A stretch of 35,067 nucleotides of DNA from Candidatus Woesearchaeota archaeon (lineage in GTDB: Archaea > Nanobdellota > Nanobdellia > SCGC-AAA011-G17 > PNOQ01), in NCBI GenBank assembly GCA_018652625.1, contig JABIBT010000008.1, forward strand, positions 1 to 35,067. The letters are read 5' to 3'. Made by a program: the position numbers and the translations under genes. Positions 25,376-35,067 of the stretch are shown one piece after another (position 1 is the first letter of the stretch; each line of letters starts with the position of its first letter). Under the pieces are notes generated by a model, which was not told where the DNA came from, made no database searches, and saw only the letters and a list, made by a program, of their open reading frames with translations.

Positions 25376-26959
25376 ATGGTTACTAAATGGATAGTTTTTT
25401 CTGGTGGAGTTATCTCTGGTTTGGGAAAGGGAATTGCCTCTGCTAGTGTTGGTGCATTGTTATCTAAAAAATATAAGATTATTTCTCTTAAGTGTGATGG
25501 CTATTTGAATGTTGATCCTGGAACTATGAATCCGGTAGAACATGGAGAAGTTTTTGTTCTTGAAGATGGTGGAGAAGTGGATATGGATTTTGGCCATTAT
25601 GAAAGATTTCTCAATATTAATTGTAAATCTGAGTGGAATCTTACTATGGGAAAGGTTTTTGATATTATTAGAAAAAAAGAGAGGAAAGGAGATTATCTTG
25701 GGAAGACTGTTCAATATGTTCCGCATGTTACTAATTTGATAAAAGATTGGTGGCTTAGTGTTGCTGAAAGGGAAAAAGCAGATATTGTTCTTTTGGAAAT
25801 TGGTGGAACTGTTGGAGATATAGAAAATGAACTTTATATTGAAGCAGCTAGACAATTAAAAAATCATGTTGGTGAAGATAACATTATGTATTCCCACCTA
25901 ACGTATGTTCCTCTTCCTTTTGGAGTTAAAGAACAAAAAACTAAACCTACTCAACAAAGTGTAAATCTTTTAAGACAAAGAGGAATAATACCAGATTTGA
26001 TAATTGGAAGATGTTCTAAACCTCTTACTGACCATATAAAAGAGAAAGTTGCTACTTATTGTGATGTAAAAAAAGAAGCGGTAATTTCTGGAGTGGATGT
26101 AGATTGTGTTTATAAAATTCCTTTAGTTTTTGAGAAAGAAGGAATCTTGAAAATAATTAAAGATAAACTTAAGATGAAAGTTAGTTCTGATTTAAGAAAG
26201 TGGAAGACTCTTGTTGAAAATATTGGAAAAGGTAAACTTGTCAGAATAGCTATTTGTGGGAAATATATGAAGTTAGAAGATTCTTATGCAAGTGTTGTTG
26301 AGGCGTTAAAACATTCTGATGCACATCTTGGTTGTAAGGTAGAAATATCTTTTATTGAAACTTCTGGCCTTAAAGATGCTAAAAAAGTTCTTGAAAATAT
26401 TGATGGAGTAATAGTTCCTGGAGGATTTGGAAAAAGAGGTTCTGAGGGAAAAATTAAGATTATTAAATATTGTCGTGAAAATAAAATTCCTTTTTTAGGC
26501 CTTTGCTATGGATTGCAATTAGCTACGGTTGAATTTGCTAGGAATGTTTGCGATTTGAAAAATTCAAATAGTACTGAAATAGATGAAAAAACAGAAAATC
26601 CAGTAATTGATATTTTACCAGAACAAAAAGAGGTTTTAGATAAGGGGGGAACTATGAGGCTTGGTTCTTATCCTGCCATATTAAAAAGAAATACTAAAGT
26701 TTTTAGTTTGTATGGTTCGGAAAAGGTTTCTGAGAGACATAGGCATAGATATGAAGTAAATCCAGAGTATTTGGAAATTTTAGAAAGTAATGGTTTGGTT
26801 TTTTCTGGAATGTCTCCCGATGGAAGGTTAGTTGAGTATATTGAATTAAAAGATCATCCTTTTTTTGTGGGTTGTCAAGGACATCCTGAATTGAAGTCTA
26901 GTTTACTTAGTCCTGCACCACTTTTTTATGGTTTTGTTAAGGCTGCTTTAGGAAGGTAA
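25376..26959 (+). CDS. pyrG: CTP synthase
   Basis: GGVISGLGKGI, KCDGYLNVDPGTMNP.EHGEVFV, KTKPTQ, VPGGFG.RG, GLCYGLQ, ERHRHRYEVN, QGHPE. Confidence 0.97.
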   Translation: MVTKWIVFSGGVISGLGKGIASASVGALLSKKYKIISLKCDGYLNVDPGTMNPVEHGEVFVLEDGGEVDMDFGHYERFLNINCKSEWNLTMGKVFDIIRKKERKGDYLGKTVQYVPHVTNLIKDWWLSVAEREKADIVLLEIGGTVGDIENELYIEAARQLKNHVGEDNIMYSHLTYVPLPFGVKEQKTKPTQQSVNLLRQRGIIPDLIIGRCSKPLTDHIKEKVATYCDVKKEAVISGVDVDCVYKIPLVFEKEGILKIIKDKLKMKVSSDLRKWKTLVENIGKGKLVRIAICGKYMKLEDSYASVVEALKHSDAHLGCKVEISFIETSGLKDAKKVLENIDGVIVPGGFGKRGSEGKIKIIKYCRENKIPFLGLCYGLQLATVEFARNVCDLKNSNSTEIDEKTENPVIDILPEQKEVLDKGGTMRLGSYPAILKRNTKVFSLYGSEKVSERHRHRYEVNPEYLEILESNGLVFSGMSPDGRLVEYIELKDHPFFVGCQGHPELKSSLLSPAPLFYGFVKAALGR

Positions 26960-26990
26960 GTTTTTTAAACTTTTAAATTAAATTTTTATT

Positions 26991-27365
26991 ATGAATTGGA
27001 AAAAAGAAACTGCTAGAGATTTGTTAGCTTTAGGAAGTATTCCTTTTTTTATTTTGGTTATGGCTAGATCTTTGGTTGGAGAGTACTATTTATTTATTTT
27101 TCAAACTTTAATTGCTTTAGTTTTCATTCATTTTATTGGCTGGAAATTAGATTTCAATAGACATTTAGCTAGAATGTTAGTTTTAGTTTTTTTCACTGTT
27201 TTATTTTATAATCAATTTATTTATTCTGTTTTTTCTGTTTTAGTTGGTTTGATTACTCTACTTAGTTTGTTTTATTTGAAAGAACCTGTGAAAAAAATTG
27301 GTTTTGGAATACTATTGGGAGTTTTAGCTAGTTTACTTGGTTATTACTTGGCTCCGTTAATTTAA
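26991..27365 (+). CDS. Small polytopic membrane protein (PAP2-like scaffold)
   Basis: Four to five hydrophobic segments; ARD..ALGS start and H.AR motif; a full phosphatase motif set is not visible. Confidence 0.7.
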   Translation: MNWKKETARDLLALGSIPFFILVMARSLVGEYYLFIFQTLIALVFIHFIGWKLDFNRHLARMLVLVFFTVLFYNQFIYSVFSVLVGLITLLSLFYLKEPVKKIGFGILLGVLASLLGYYLAPLI

Positions 27366-27395
27366 TAAATAAAATATGACCTATTATTCTATTCT

Positions 27396-27469
27396 GAGCC
27401 TGTAGCTTAGCCTGGTGGAGCGTCACGTTGACTTCGTGAAGGTCGCCGGTTCGAATCCGGCCAGGCTCA
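27396..27469 (+). tRNA. tRNA-Val(GAC)
   Basis: Acceptor GAGCCTG/CAGGCTC-A; anticodon arm TCACG-TTGACTT-CGTGA; T arm GCCGG-TTCGAAT-CCGGC. Confidence 0.93.
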
Positions 27470-27512
27470 TTTTAACGAAAAGTTTTATAAAGATAAAAAG
27501 AGGTTTTTAAGT

Positions 27513-29489
27513 ATGCAAAAAAGAGGCCAAGTAACTATTTATATTATTCTGGGAATTGTCATTTTAGTAGTGTTTGGATTAATCTTTTTTTTAAGAAATG
27601 AAATAGTAAAAAATGATTTCCAAAGTCAGTTAGCTAGAGTTAAAGTTCCTGAACAGATTCAACCAATAAAGAACTATGTTGATGAATGTTTGGAAGAAAC
27701 TATTATGTCTGGAGCCAGAAATATTGCATCAAAAGGGGGATATTTAGAAGTTCCTTTTGAAGACGTTCCTAGATCTGTTTTAAATCCTTTTTCTAATTCT
27801 TTAGAACTTGGGAGTTCGGGAGTGGCATATTGGTACTATAAAAGTGCAAACAATTTGGATAAAACCCAGGTTCCAACTATTGAAAGTATGGAAGAAGATT
27901 TAGAGGAGTACATTAATGATAATTTTGATTTCTGTTTGAAAGGTTTGGATAGATATTGGGAAGAAGGTTTTGAGATTTCTTATGAAGAAGATGTAACTAG
28001 TGAAGTTAATATTGAAGATTCGCATATAGAAGTTAAAGTTTTTACCCCAACAGATATTAAAAAAGATGATGTTGGGAAATATTTTGATCAACATTTAGTA
28101 GATGTGAATGTAAATTTAGGAAAATTATACAATTTGGCTGTGGATGTTTTTGAGGAAGAGAATGAGAACAAATTTTTAGAACATAAGACTATAGATATAA
28201 TGGTTGTTTATGATGAGATTCCCTATTCCAATACAGAATTTACTTGTAACAGATTGATATGGCAAAAATCTGAAGTTGCTAAAGATTTCAAAGATATTAT
28301 TAATTTAAATTTGGGGGCTTTGAGATTAGAAGGTTCTGATTATACTAAAACAAAAGAAGATAATGGTTATTTTGAAGTAGATGTACGTGCAGACGAAGAT
28401 ATTTCTACAAATTTTCAATATTTAACAAACTGGCCATTTGAATTGGATGTTTCTCCAAGCAAAGGAGATGTTTTGATGGGTGATGCAATAACTCAGGAAA
28501 ATTCAGATATTTATAAATATTTGAATTTATTTTTCTGTCTTAATAACTACCATTTTGTTTATGATGTTAAGTATCCTGTTTTGATAAGTTTGGAAGATGA
28601 TGAAGGATTTAGTTTCCAATATGCAACAATGGTTGTTGTTGATAATAACTATCCTGGAACTTATCCTGGAGAGATTATGAATTATGAATCCACTGGTGTT
28701 CTTGGAGAAGAGTTTTGTGGTAGCGGAATAAATACGATAAACGTTATGGCTGTAGATTCTGGTGATACTAGATTGTTGGAAGGCGTTGATATTAGTTATA
28801 GTTGTTTTAGTTCAAGCTGTTATGTTGGTAGAACTGGCTCTAGCGGAGAATTATCTAAGAAGTTCCCTGTGTGTGTTAATGGAAGAGTGTACGCAGATAA
28901 AGAAGGATATTATTCGGCTAGTGAAACTCTAAGCACAAATGAGGAATCTCAAATTTCTTTAGTTTTGGAGCCATACTATACTTTGGATTTAGAGATTAAG
29001 GTTGCTGATTTAGATACTGGTTTTATTAGAGAACTTAGTAATGATGAAAGTGTAATATTCCAATTTGAAAATGTTAACAATGGGTATAAAACAATGGTTA
29101 CTAATGAAGCAGATGAAGTTACATTAGTTGCTGGAGAATATGAAATTTTGACTTATTTGTTAAGGGCTGGAGATGCCGTAAAGATTGAGGGAGAAACTCA
29201 CGTTGAGTGCGTGGATGTTCCAAGATCCGGATTGTTAGGAATTATTGGACTTAATAGGGAAGAATGTTTTGAAGTCTCAAGCGAAGATAGTGAAGTAGAC
29301 CAGTTTGTTTCTGGAGGCTCTGCTTTTGAGTTTGGTTTTAGACATAATGATTTAATAAATTCAAATAAACTTACTTTGTATGCTATGCAGGACTTTGTTC
29401 CAACGAAACATAGTGAAATGTTATCAATTTTAAATAATATTCCTGGAAATAACTTAAGAGGAGGATTTGTTTACCCCGAGTTAGAATGA
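27513..29489 (+). CDS. Large acidic surface protein with an archaeal class III (type IV pilin-like) signal peptide
   Basis: MQKRG|QVTIYIILGIVILVVFGLIFF prepilin motif; paired Cys residues; carboxypeptidase-regulatory-like segment (LLEGVDI...GRT.SSG...KEGY). Confidence 0.85.
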   Translation: MQKRGQVTIYIILGIVILVVFGLIFFLRNEIVKNDFQSQLARVKVPEQIQPIKNYVDECLEETIMSGARNIASKGGYLEVPFEDVPRSVLNPFSNSLELGSSGVAYWYYKSANNLDKTQVPTIESMEEDLEEYINDNFDFCLKGLDRYWEEGFEISYEEDVTSEVNIEDSHIEVKVFTPTDIKKDDVGKYFDQHLVDVNVNLGKLYNLAVDVFEEENENKFLEHKTIDIMVVYDEIPYSNTEFTCNRLIWQKSEVAKDFKDIINLNLGALRLEGSDYTKTKEDNGYFEVDVRADEDISTNFQYLTNWPFELDVSPSKGDVLMGDAITQENSDIYKYLNLFFCLNNYHFVYDVKYPVLISLEDDEGFSFQYATMVVVDNNYPGTYPGEIMNYESTGVLGEEFCGSGINTINVMAVDSGDTRLLEGVDISYSCFSSSCYVGRTGSSGELSKKFPVCVNGRVYADKEGYYSASETLSTNEESQISLVLEPYYTLDLEIKVADLDTGFIRELSNDESVIFQFENVNNGYKTMVTNEADEVTLVAGEYEILTYLLRAGDAVKIEGETHVECVDVPRSGLLGIIGLNREECFEVSSEDSEVDQFVSGGSAFEFGFRHNDLINSNKLTLYAMQDFVPTKHSEMLSILNNIPGNNLRGGFVYPELE

Positions 29490-32400
29490 AAGATAAAATA
29501 GTAATGGCAATGTTTTGTATCTTTTTGATAATTTTTAGTAGTGTGAATGTTAGTGCTTTAAGTTTTGGAGGAAATGAGAAAGATGATTTGGGGGAGATAG
29601 TTCTAATCAACGTTGCAAATCCAGAAGATATGAGAATTAGTGCTGATTATGTGAGGAATAAAAAATTTCCATTAATTATACAACTAACCGGAACTACTTT
29701 GGAGAGTTTTTTATGGGGAAGTGATGGTTCTGAAGAGTTAACTACATTATTTGGTGGACTTAACATAGAAAGAATTCATATTGATAGAGATAGACTATCT
29801 AGATATGTTTCTGGAGTAAATGAAGTGGCTCCAGATGGAGGGTATTTTGTCAATCCGGATGGTAGCGTGGATTTAGGATATGTAAAAGTTGATATAAGAA
29901 AAATCCCAAAAGAAGAGGATTTACCCGATAGAATAGATTTAAATTTTACTGCTGAGATTTATTTTGATACCGATTCTAGCTTTAGCGTTTTTGGAAAGCA
30001 GGATTTGTTTTTGGAGTTGGATTCTAATAAAGATGATGGAGAAATTGGAAGTAGTGTTTGGGATGGAAGAGCAAGAATAGTTTTTTTGGAAATTAAAGGA
30101 GATAAAGCAACTTTCCAAGTTTATGATGGTGCCAATAGGAAACTAGGTGGTCCTTTTACTTTAAGACCTGGGCAACAACAAATACTTAGATTGAATGATG
30201 GTCCGGCATTTTTGGATAATCAAGTTAGATTTAAGCTGCAAGGAGTATATGGTTCTGAGAAAAAGGCTGAACTTAATATCTATAGAAATGGAAAATCTAT
30301 AGAAGTTACTTTAGTTGAAGGGATGAACCTTTATAGTGGAAGCGATTGGATTCTTGAAGATATAGAAAGAACCCAAGTGGAGTTAAGAAATTCTAAAACT
30401 AGAGAAAAAGTAATATTAAGTAAAGCAGATTTGGGAACACTAAAAATAGATGTTTGTGATGGTGTTAAACGTTTGGAGGTGGAGGATAATAAGGTATTTT
30501 TAGAAGAGTTTGATTTTGTTAAAGGTGAAGACTTTGAAGAAAAATTGAAGAGTGAGAGTATTAGTTTTTATTGTAGTGCTATTGATGAATATAAGAAAGC
30601 TTTGGAATTTTCTTTGGGCGAAGAATCTGCTGAATTGAAATTTAAGATTGCTGGTTTATATGAGCACCTTGGTGATACGGTTGCTGCTTTGGAAAATTAT
30701 GAAAGTATATCTTCTGGTTCTGAATTGTTTGAAGATGAGAAGATTCAAAACAAAATTAGTTATATTAGTGTTTTAGTTTCTGAAGAGATTACAAATTATA
30801 AAACATTAGATGATGGAGTTAATGTTTATTTGAAAGAAATTTCTTCAGAGGAAAAAGAAGGCACATATTTTGATTATGTTGAGGTGGTTGATGGTGTTCG
30901 ACAAAGTGAAAAAAGAGGTATGTTAAATGGAAAATCGATTATCAAGGGTAGTGGTGGAGATTGGTATGTTGATAGAATAAGGCCAGATGAAATTATTTTA
31001 GTTAAAAAATATGATGACAAAAAGAAAGAAGATTTGAAAGAAAGAGTAGATATTGGAGAAAATATTTTAGAAAAAGACATATTGATTGATATTAAAAATA
31101 TAAAAACTCCGTATAGTGTGGTTGTTAGTGCAATTCCTGGAGATGGTAGAAGTTATGGTGTGAGTCATTTTCAAGTTCATATTCCTGTTGAAAAGAGTGC
31201 TATACAGTGGACTCCTGAGCAAATTGACAATATGATTGAGAAGACACACAAAGCTATTGAAGATCTTGAGAACATTATGGATAAGTTAGGGAGTTTTATT
31301 AAAGGAATGAAAGCTGCTTGTTTTGGAATTTATAGTATCTTATTAATTAAGAATTCTTTCTTTAAAGATAGTGGAGCTAGGAAACAAGTCATTGAAGAAA
31401 GAGCAATATTATGTAAAAAAGAGATAAGTAGTAATGATCCAAGTTTACCATATAATCGGTTTGAAGATTGTATGGAGCATCACGTTGATGCAGATGAAGC
31501 TAAAATAAAAGATTTGACTAATATTAAAAAAGAAACAGATGAATTGTTTACAGGATTTAAGTCTACTGATGTTGAAAAAGTAAATAAAGTTGCTCAAAAG
31601 ATGGGTGTTGATAGTGAAGAATTAAATAACTTAATGAAATATAGTGATCAGACTGGAGTTACTTCGAAGGAAATTCAAAGATTGACTGAATTATCTTTGT
31701 ATGATAATGCTAAGTTTAAGGAAGAATGGGAGGGATATTCTGATAAAATTGATAAAGCGGTTAAACTTGATGAAAGAATAAAGTTTAATGAAGTTTCAGA
31801 GGATGATAAAGAGAGAATTCAAACTCTTGCTGCTCCGATTTTTGACTCAAGTAAACAAACAAAGATTGTTGGAATGGAAGGTCAAAGTACTATTCAAAAA
31901 GTAAATGCAAAATATTCTGATTCCAGTGGAAATGTCTATGAAGCCGGTTCTTTGACTATGGGAAAGGATAAATTTTATACAACTGGGGTGGATGGAAATG
32001 TAGTTGAGTTACAACAACGTATGGATGATTATGATGTGAATGTAGTTGAAATTGATGGTTTTTCTGTGTTTAGGGGAGAAGATGATAAATATTATTTATA
32101 TGATGGAAAAATAAATGAGCCGTATGCAAAAAGTTATTCTTCTTTGGGAGAGGAAAGAAAATTAGAAATAAATAAAGATGGAAAGTTATGGATTTTTCCG
32201 TTTAGATCAAAAACTACAGGTACTATATATGAAAAAATAGATAATGATTATGCAAACTATGTTGTTGTTAATTATGGAAAAACGGGTGGAATCCAATCCT
32301 ATACAATACATAATGTTGGCCCAAATGGAGAAATAGATTTTCCAAATAGTGTAGATGACAGTGTAGTTGCTCATATTTTAAATGTAGGCGATACCCGTAG

Positions 32401-35067
32401 AAATATGGATAGTGGGGGAGATAGGGACAACTCGTTGAAGTTGGCTCTTGAAATAGATTCTAAATATAAAACCTTGTCTGCAAGTAGATTAAATGAAGGT
32501 AAGAATGTTTTATTTGATGGGGTTTCTTATACTGTAAGTAGTGCTGCTTCAAGATCTATTGGAGAAACGACTTCCCAATGTACCAATTATATGAGTAAGG
32601 GGGACTGTGCATTGTTGTATAATTTTTGTGATCCGGTTATGTGCCCTGCTTCAAGATTTGATTTAGGAAATAGGTGGGATATTGATAATGTTGTTCAGAC
32701 TGGAATTATTGGAAGTTTGTTTTTAGGAATGCCTAATTGGATTGTTATTAATCCTGAGAAAGGGGAAAATATCTTCCCACCAATCTGTTTAACTGGAGTA
32801 CATGCTGGTTTGGATAATGTAAGAAGTAAATTTGAAGGCTTTGAAGATTGTTTACAAAAAGCAAAAACAGAAGGAAGAGATGTAGGAATTTGTAATACTA
32901 TTAAAAGTATTTATATGTGTGAAATTTTTTGGAGAGAAGGACTGGCTATTTTTGGAAGTCTTGGTAAATTAGCTGATGTTATTTCTGAAAAGGTATTTGG
33001 AATCTTTGGTGGGGATGGATGGGAATATACTAAGTGGCAAGGTTCTTGGAATGAATTAAAAGATAATGTTAATTTCTTTACTTCAGAATATGCTAGAAGT
33101 GCGTTTGCTTCTTATCATGCTAGAAGTTTAGGAGAATTTGGAGGAGAGATTTGTAGGGCCGCCATTTATGGTAAGGTTCCTGGAACAGGAGATTTTATTG
33201 GAGAGTTGTTGGAACCAGATAGTCCTTACCAGTTTACTGGATGGTTTGATGAGTTAGAGTATTCAGATGTTGATCAAGGAAAATCTATTTATAGGGTTTA
33301 TTATCATATCTATGCTGGAAGAGATGAAGATGTAGAATTTTTAGTTTATTTGAAAGGAGCAGGATTAAGTAATTTATATGTCACAAATCCAGAAAGAGGA
33401 GTTAGAAGAGAAGTTTTACAAGAGGGGGAATATGCCGATAGAAGTTATACAATAACTGGAGATTCTGGTTATAATACAATGTGTATTTTTATTAATGGAA
33501 AAGAGTATTGCGGATTTGGTAAGGTTTCTAGCACTTTTTCTAGTAAATATTTACAAGATATGATGTTAGAAGATGATTTGAATAGAAAGGACATTGATTC
33601 TGCTGAAGAGTGTATGCCAGATAGTTTACATTTAACACCTTATTTGCCTGGAGTTCCTACTCCTCCGGTGCCTGGAGCTGGTGCTATGAGCCAGAGTGGA
33701 GTTATTAGAAAGTGTGCTATGAATGATCCGGATGGGTATGGAAGTAGATGGGTTAAAGTTGGAACTTGTGGTACAGATGAACAAGGCAATTCTTTAGGGA
33801 TGTGTTATTTGGATTATGAGAACAGTGCGGACTTTAATGATTTAAAGAAAAAAGATGAGATTGCTAAAGAATGGATAGAGAAACAAATTAAAGATGGAGT
33901 TACTGATGATTCTCTTAATGAATTTAATACTATTCTGGATAAAGAAGATGAAAAGGTTGACTATCTTATAGAGGAAATTAAGAGCAAATTTAAAGTTGAT
34001 AAAATTAATCGGTTGTTAGTTTATCCAGCTTATTATTTAGATAGTGCAGATAGTATAAAAGACTCTGGAATCTATATACGAAGCCATACTAAAGTCGGGG
34101 ATATTTATGCTGCTTTGGGAAAAGTTTTAGAAATTAAAAAAAGTTTGGTTGATGGTGGTGGAGAAAGTGATGATGAAGAGATGAAAGAAGGAGAGCTTTC
34201 TGAATCTGATTATATTAAGGTTAGGATTAGTAAAGAGGGAATATTTAAATCTGGAACTGGATTTATTTATGAGGGTGGAGAATGGAAGATAAATTATATT
34301 TCTGCTTTGCCTGGCTACTCTTTCTATAGTGATGATATTGAAACTGGATTGAAGGGGATATATCATGAGATTAATAAACTTGAGGAAAATGGGGATGGGG
34401 GGAATCTGATTGTTGAGGATTATAATGGTGAAAGATATGGTTGGTTCCCAACATACTATTTTGATAGTTATGATCATTTCAAGAGGATTTTTACAAATAT
34501 AGAAAAGTTGGATTTTAATGATTATTTAGATATAAATTGTATTTATTTTAATCCTGAAAACAATGATGAATTTAAAGTTAGAGTAATTAGGAATAATGCA
34601 ATGGATGAAAATTTTAAGTTTAAGGAAGGGGCTTGGGAAAGTTCAACATTGCGTGATGATTTTGATGAAGGTTTAGAAGATCTATGGGAATTTATTGAGG
34701 AAAGATACACTCAAGAAAATTCAGATGGGATAAAGGTTACTTATGAAAATGAAGATAAGGAAGTATTGGTCCCATTTTATTTGTTTAAAAGTTTGGATGA
34801 TTTAAGAAAAGGTTTTTGTTATTTTGGTTCTGGAGAAATAGTAGAGATTCCTTTTTTTGAGTTATTGGCTCAAACTGAAGAATTAATTGAAGAAGAAGGA
34901 TTGACTAGTGAAACTCAAAGGTCTTTGGATGCATTATATGGTGCTGCTGAAGATATAATCTGTTCAGATGATGATGTTTTAAATAAGTTGATAGAGTTTA
35001 GTGATTCCCTCCAAGATAATTCTTTTATTGGTCCACTGGAAGTTGAAGAGATTCAAGAAGAGATAGA
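29486..35067 (+). CDS. Giant secreted/surface protein (>1860 aa, 3' partial)
   Basis: ATG overlaps the upstream stop (ATGA); signal peptide MKDKIVMAMFCIFLIIFSSVNVSA. The frame reads as sense wherever translated, through to VEEIQEEI at the window end. It is absent from the ORF track, consistent with having no stop. Contains TPR-like, coiled-coil and Cys-rich segments. Confidence 0.88.
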   Translation, partial: MKDKIVMAMFCIFLIIFSSVNVSALSFGGNEKDDLGEIVLINVANPEDMRISADYVRNKKFPLIIQLTGTTLESFLWGSDGSEELTTLFGGLNIERIHIDRDRLSRYVSGVNEVAPDGGYFVNPDGSVDLGYVKVDIRKIPKEEDLPDRIDLNFTAEIYFDTDSSFSVFGKQDLFLELDSNKDDGEIGSSVWDGRARIVFLEIKGDKATFQVYDGANRKLGGPFTLRPGQQQILRLNDGPAFLDNQVRFKLQGVYGSEKKAELNIYRNGKSIEVTLVEGMNLYSGSDWILEDIERTQVELRNSKTREKVILSKADLGTLKIDVCDGVKRLEVEDNKVFLEEFDFVKGEDFEEKLKSESISFYCSAIDEYKKALEFSLGEESAELKFKIAGLYEHLGDTVAALENYESISSGSELFEDEKIQNKISYISVLVSEEITNYKTLDDGVNVYLKEISSEEKEGTYFDYVEVVDGVRQSEKRGMLNGKSIIKGSGGDWYVDRIRPDEIILVKKYDDKKKEDLKERVDIGENILEKDILIDIKNIKTPYSVVVSAIPGDGRSYGVSHFQVHIPVEKSAIQWTPEQIDNMIEKTHKAIEDLENIMDKLGSFIKGMKAACFGIYSILLIKNSFFKDSGARKQVIEERAILCKKEISSNDPSLPYNRFEDCMEHHVDADEAKIKDLTNIKKETDELFTGFKSTDVEKVNKVAQKMGVDSEELNNLMKYSDQTGVTSKEIQRLTELSLYDNAKFKEEWEGYSDKIDKAVKLDERIKFNEVSEDDKERIQTLAAPIFDSSKQTKIVGMEGQSTIQKVNAKYSDSSGNVYEAGSLTMGKDKFYTTGVDGNVVELQQRMDDYDVNVVEIDGFSVFRGEDDKYYLYDGKINEPYAKSYSSLGEERKLEINKDGKLWIFPFRSKTTGTIYEKIDNDYANYVVVNYGKTGGIQSYTIHNVGPNGEIDFPNSVDDSVVAHILNVGDTRRNMDSGGDRDNSLKLALEIDSKYKTLSASRLNEGKNVLFDGVSYTVSSAASRSIGETTSQCTNYMSKGDCALLYNFCDPVMCPASRFDLGNRWDIDNVVQTGIIGSLFLGMPNWIVINPEKGENIFPPICLTGVHAGLDNVRSKFEGFEDCLQKAKTEGRDVGICNTIKSIYMCEIFWREGLAIFGSLGKLADVISEKVFGIFGGDGWEYTKWQGSWNELKDNVNFFTSEYARSAFASYHARSLGEFGGEICRAAIYGKVPGTGDFIGELLEPDSPYQFTGWFDELEYSDVDQGKSIYRVYYHIYAGRDEDVEFLVYLKGAGLSNLYVTNPERGVRREVLQEGEYADRSYTITGDSGYNTMCIFINGKEYCGFGKVSSTFSSKYLQDMMLEDDLNRKDIDSAEECMPDSLHLTPYLPGVPTPPVPGAGAMSQSGVIRKCAMNDPDGYGSRWVKVGTCGTDEQGNSLGMCYLDYENSADFNDLKKKDEIAKEWIEKQIKDGVTDDSLNEFNTILDKEDEKVDYLIEEIKSKFKVDKINRLLVYPAYYLDSADSIKDSGIYIRSHTKVGDIYAALGKVLEIKKSLVDGGGESDDEEMKEGELSESDYIKVRISKEGIFKSGTGFIYEGGEWKINYISALPGYSFYSDDIETGLKGIYHEINKLEENGDGGNLIVEDYNGERYGWFPTYYFDSYDHFKRIFTNIEKLDFNDYLDINCIYFNPENNDEFKVRVIRNNAMDENFKFKEGAWESSTLRDDFDEGLEDLWEFIEERYTQENSDGIKVTYENEDKEVLVPFYLFKSLDDLRKGFCYFGSGEIVEIPFFELLAQTEELIEEEGLTSETQRSLDALYGAAEDIICSDDDVLNKLIEFSDSLQDNSFIGPLEVEEIQEEI

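Noticed and set aside
30874-34477. Apparent gene desert with only small minus-strand ORFs
   Set aside because: The region is occupied by the open-ended plus-strand giant ORF starting at 29486.
1-35067. CRISPR array, transposase, integrase or provirus near the three tRNAs
   Set aside because: No regularly spaced repeats, no duplicated tRNA 3' ends and no recombinase motifs were seen.

Overview
AT-rich archaeal chromosome segment. Gene content and order and the surface-protein families suggest a DPANN/Nanobdellota organism (Woesearchaeota/Pacearchaeota-like); this assignment is inference. The left half (minus strand) holds the conserved rps13-rps4-rps11-rpoD-rpl18e-rpl13-rps9-rpoN and rpl21e-rpoF-DUF655 clusters, elp3, dnaG, three tandem paralogues of unknown function and a CBS protein. 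An SRP RNA gene sits among them on the plus strand. The right half (plus strand) holds the thermosome, a Bacteroidota-like FabH, ftsY and ffh separated by a MazEF-type toxin-antitoxin pair, bud32, rps15, rps3ae, pyrG, three tRNAs, a pilin-like class III signal peptide protein, and a >1860-codon secreted protein that runs off the end and is missing from the ORF track. The most striking observation is a 46-residue peptide module (32/46 identical, ungapped, with synonymous DNA divergence) shared between the C-terminal tail of uS4 and the N-terminal domain of FtsY. Also notable are an outer-membrane beta-barrel-like protein in an archaeon, a structured ~200-nt dnaG leader RNA, and an SRP RNA with a much reduced helix 6. 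No CRISPR array or transposase was seen.
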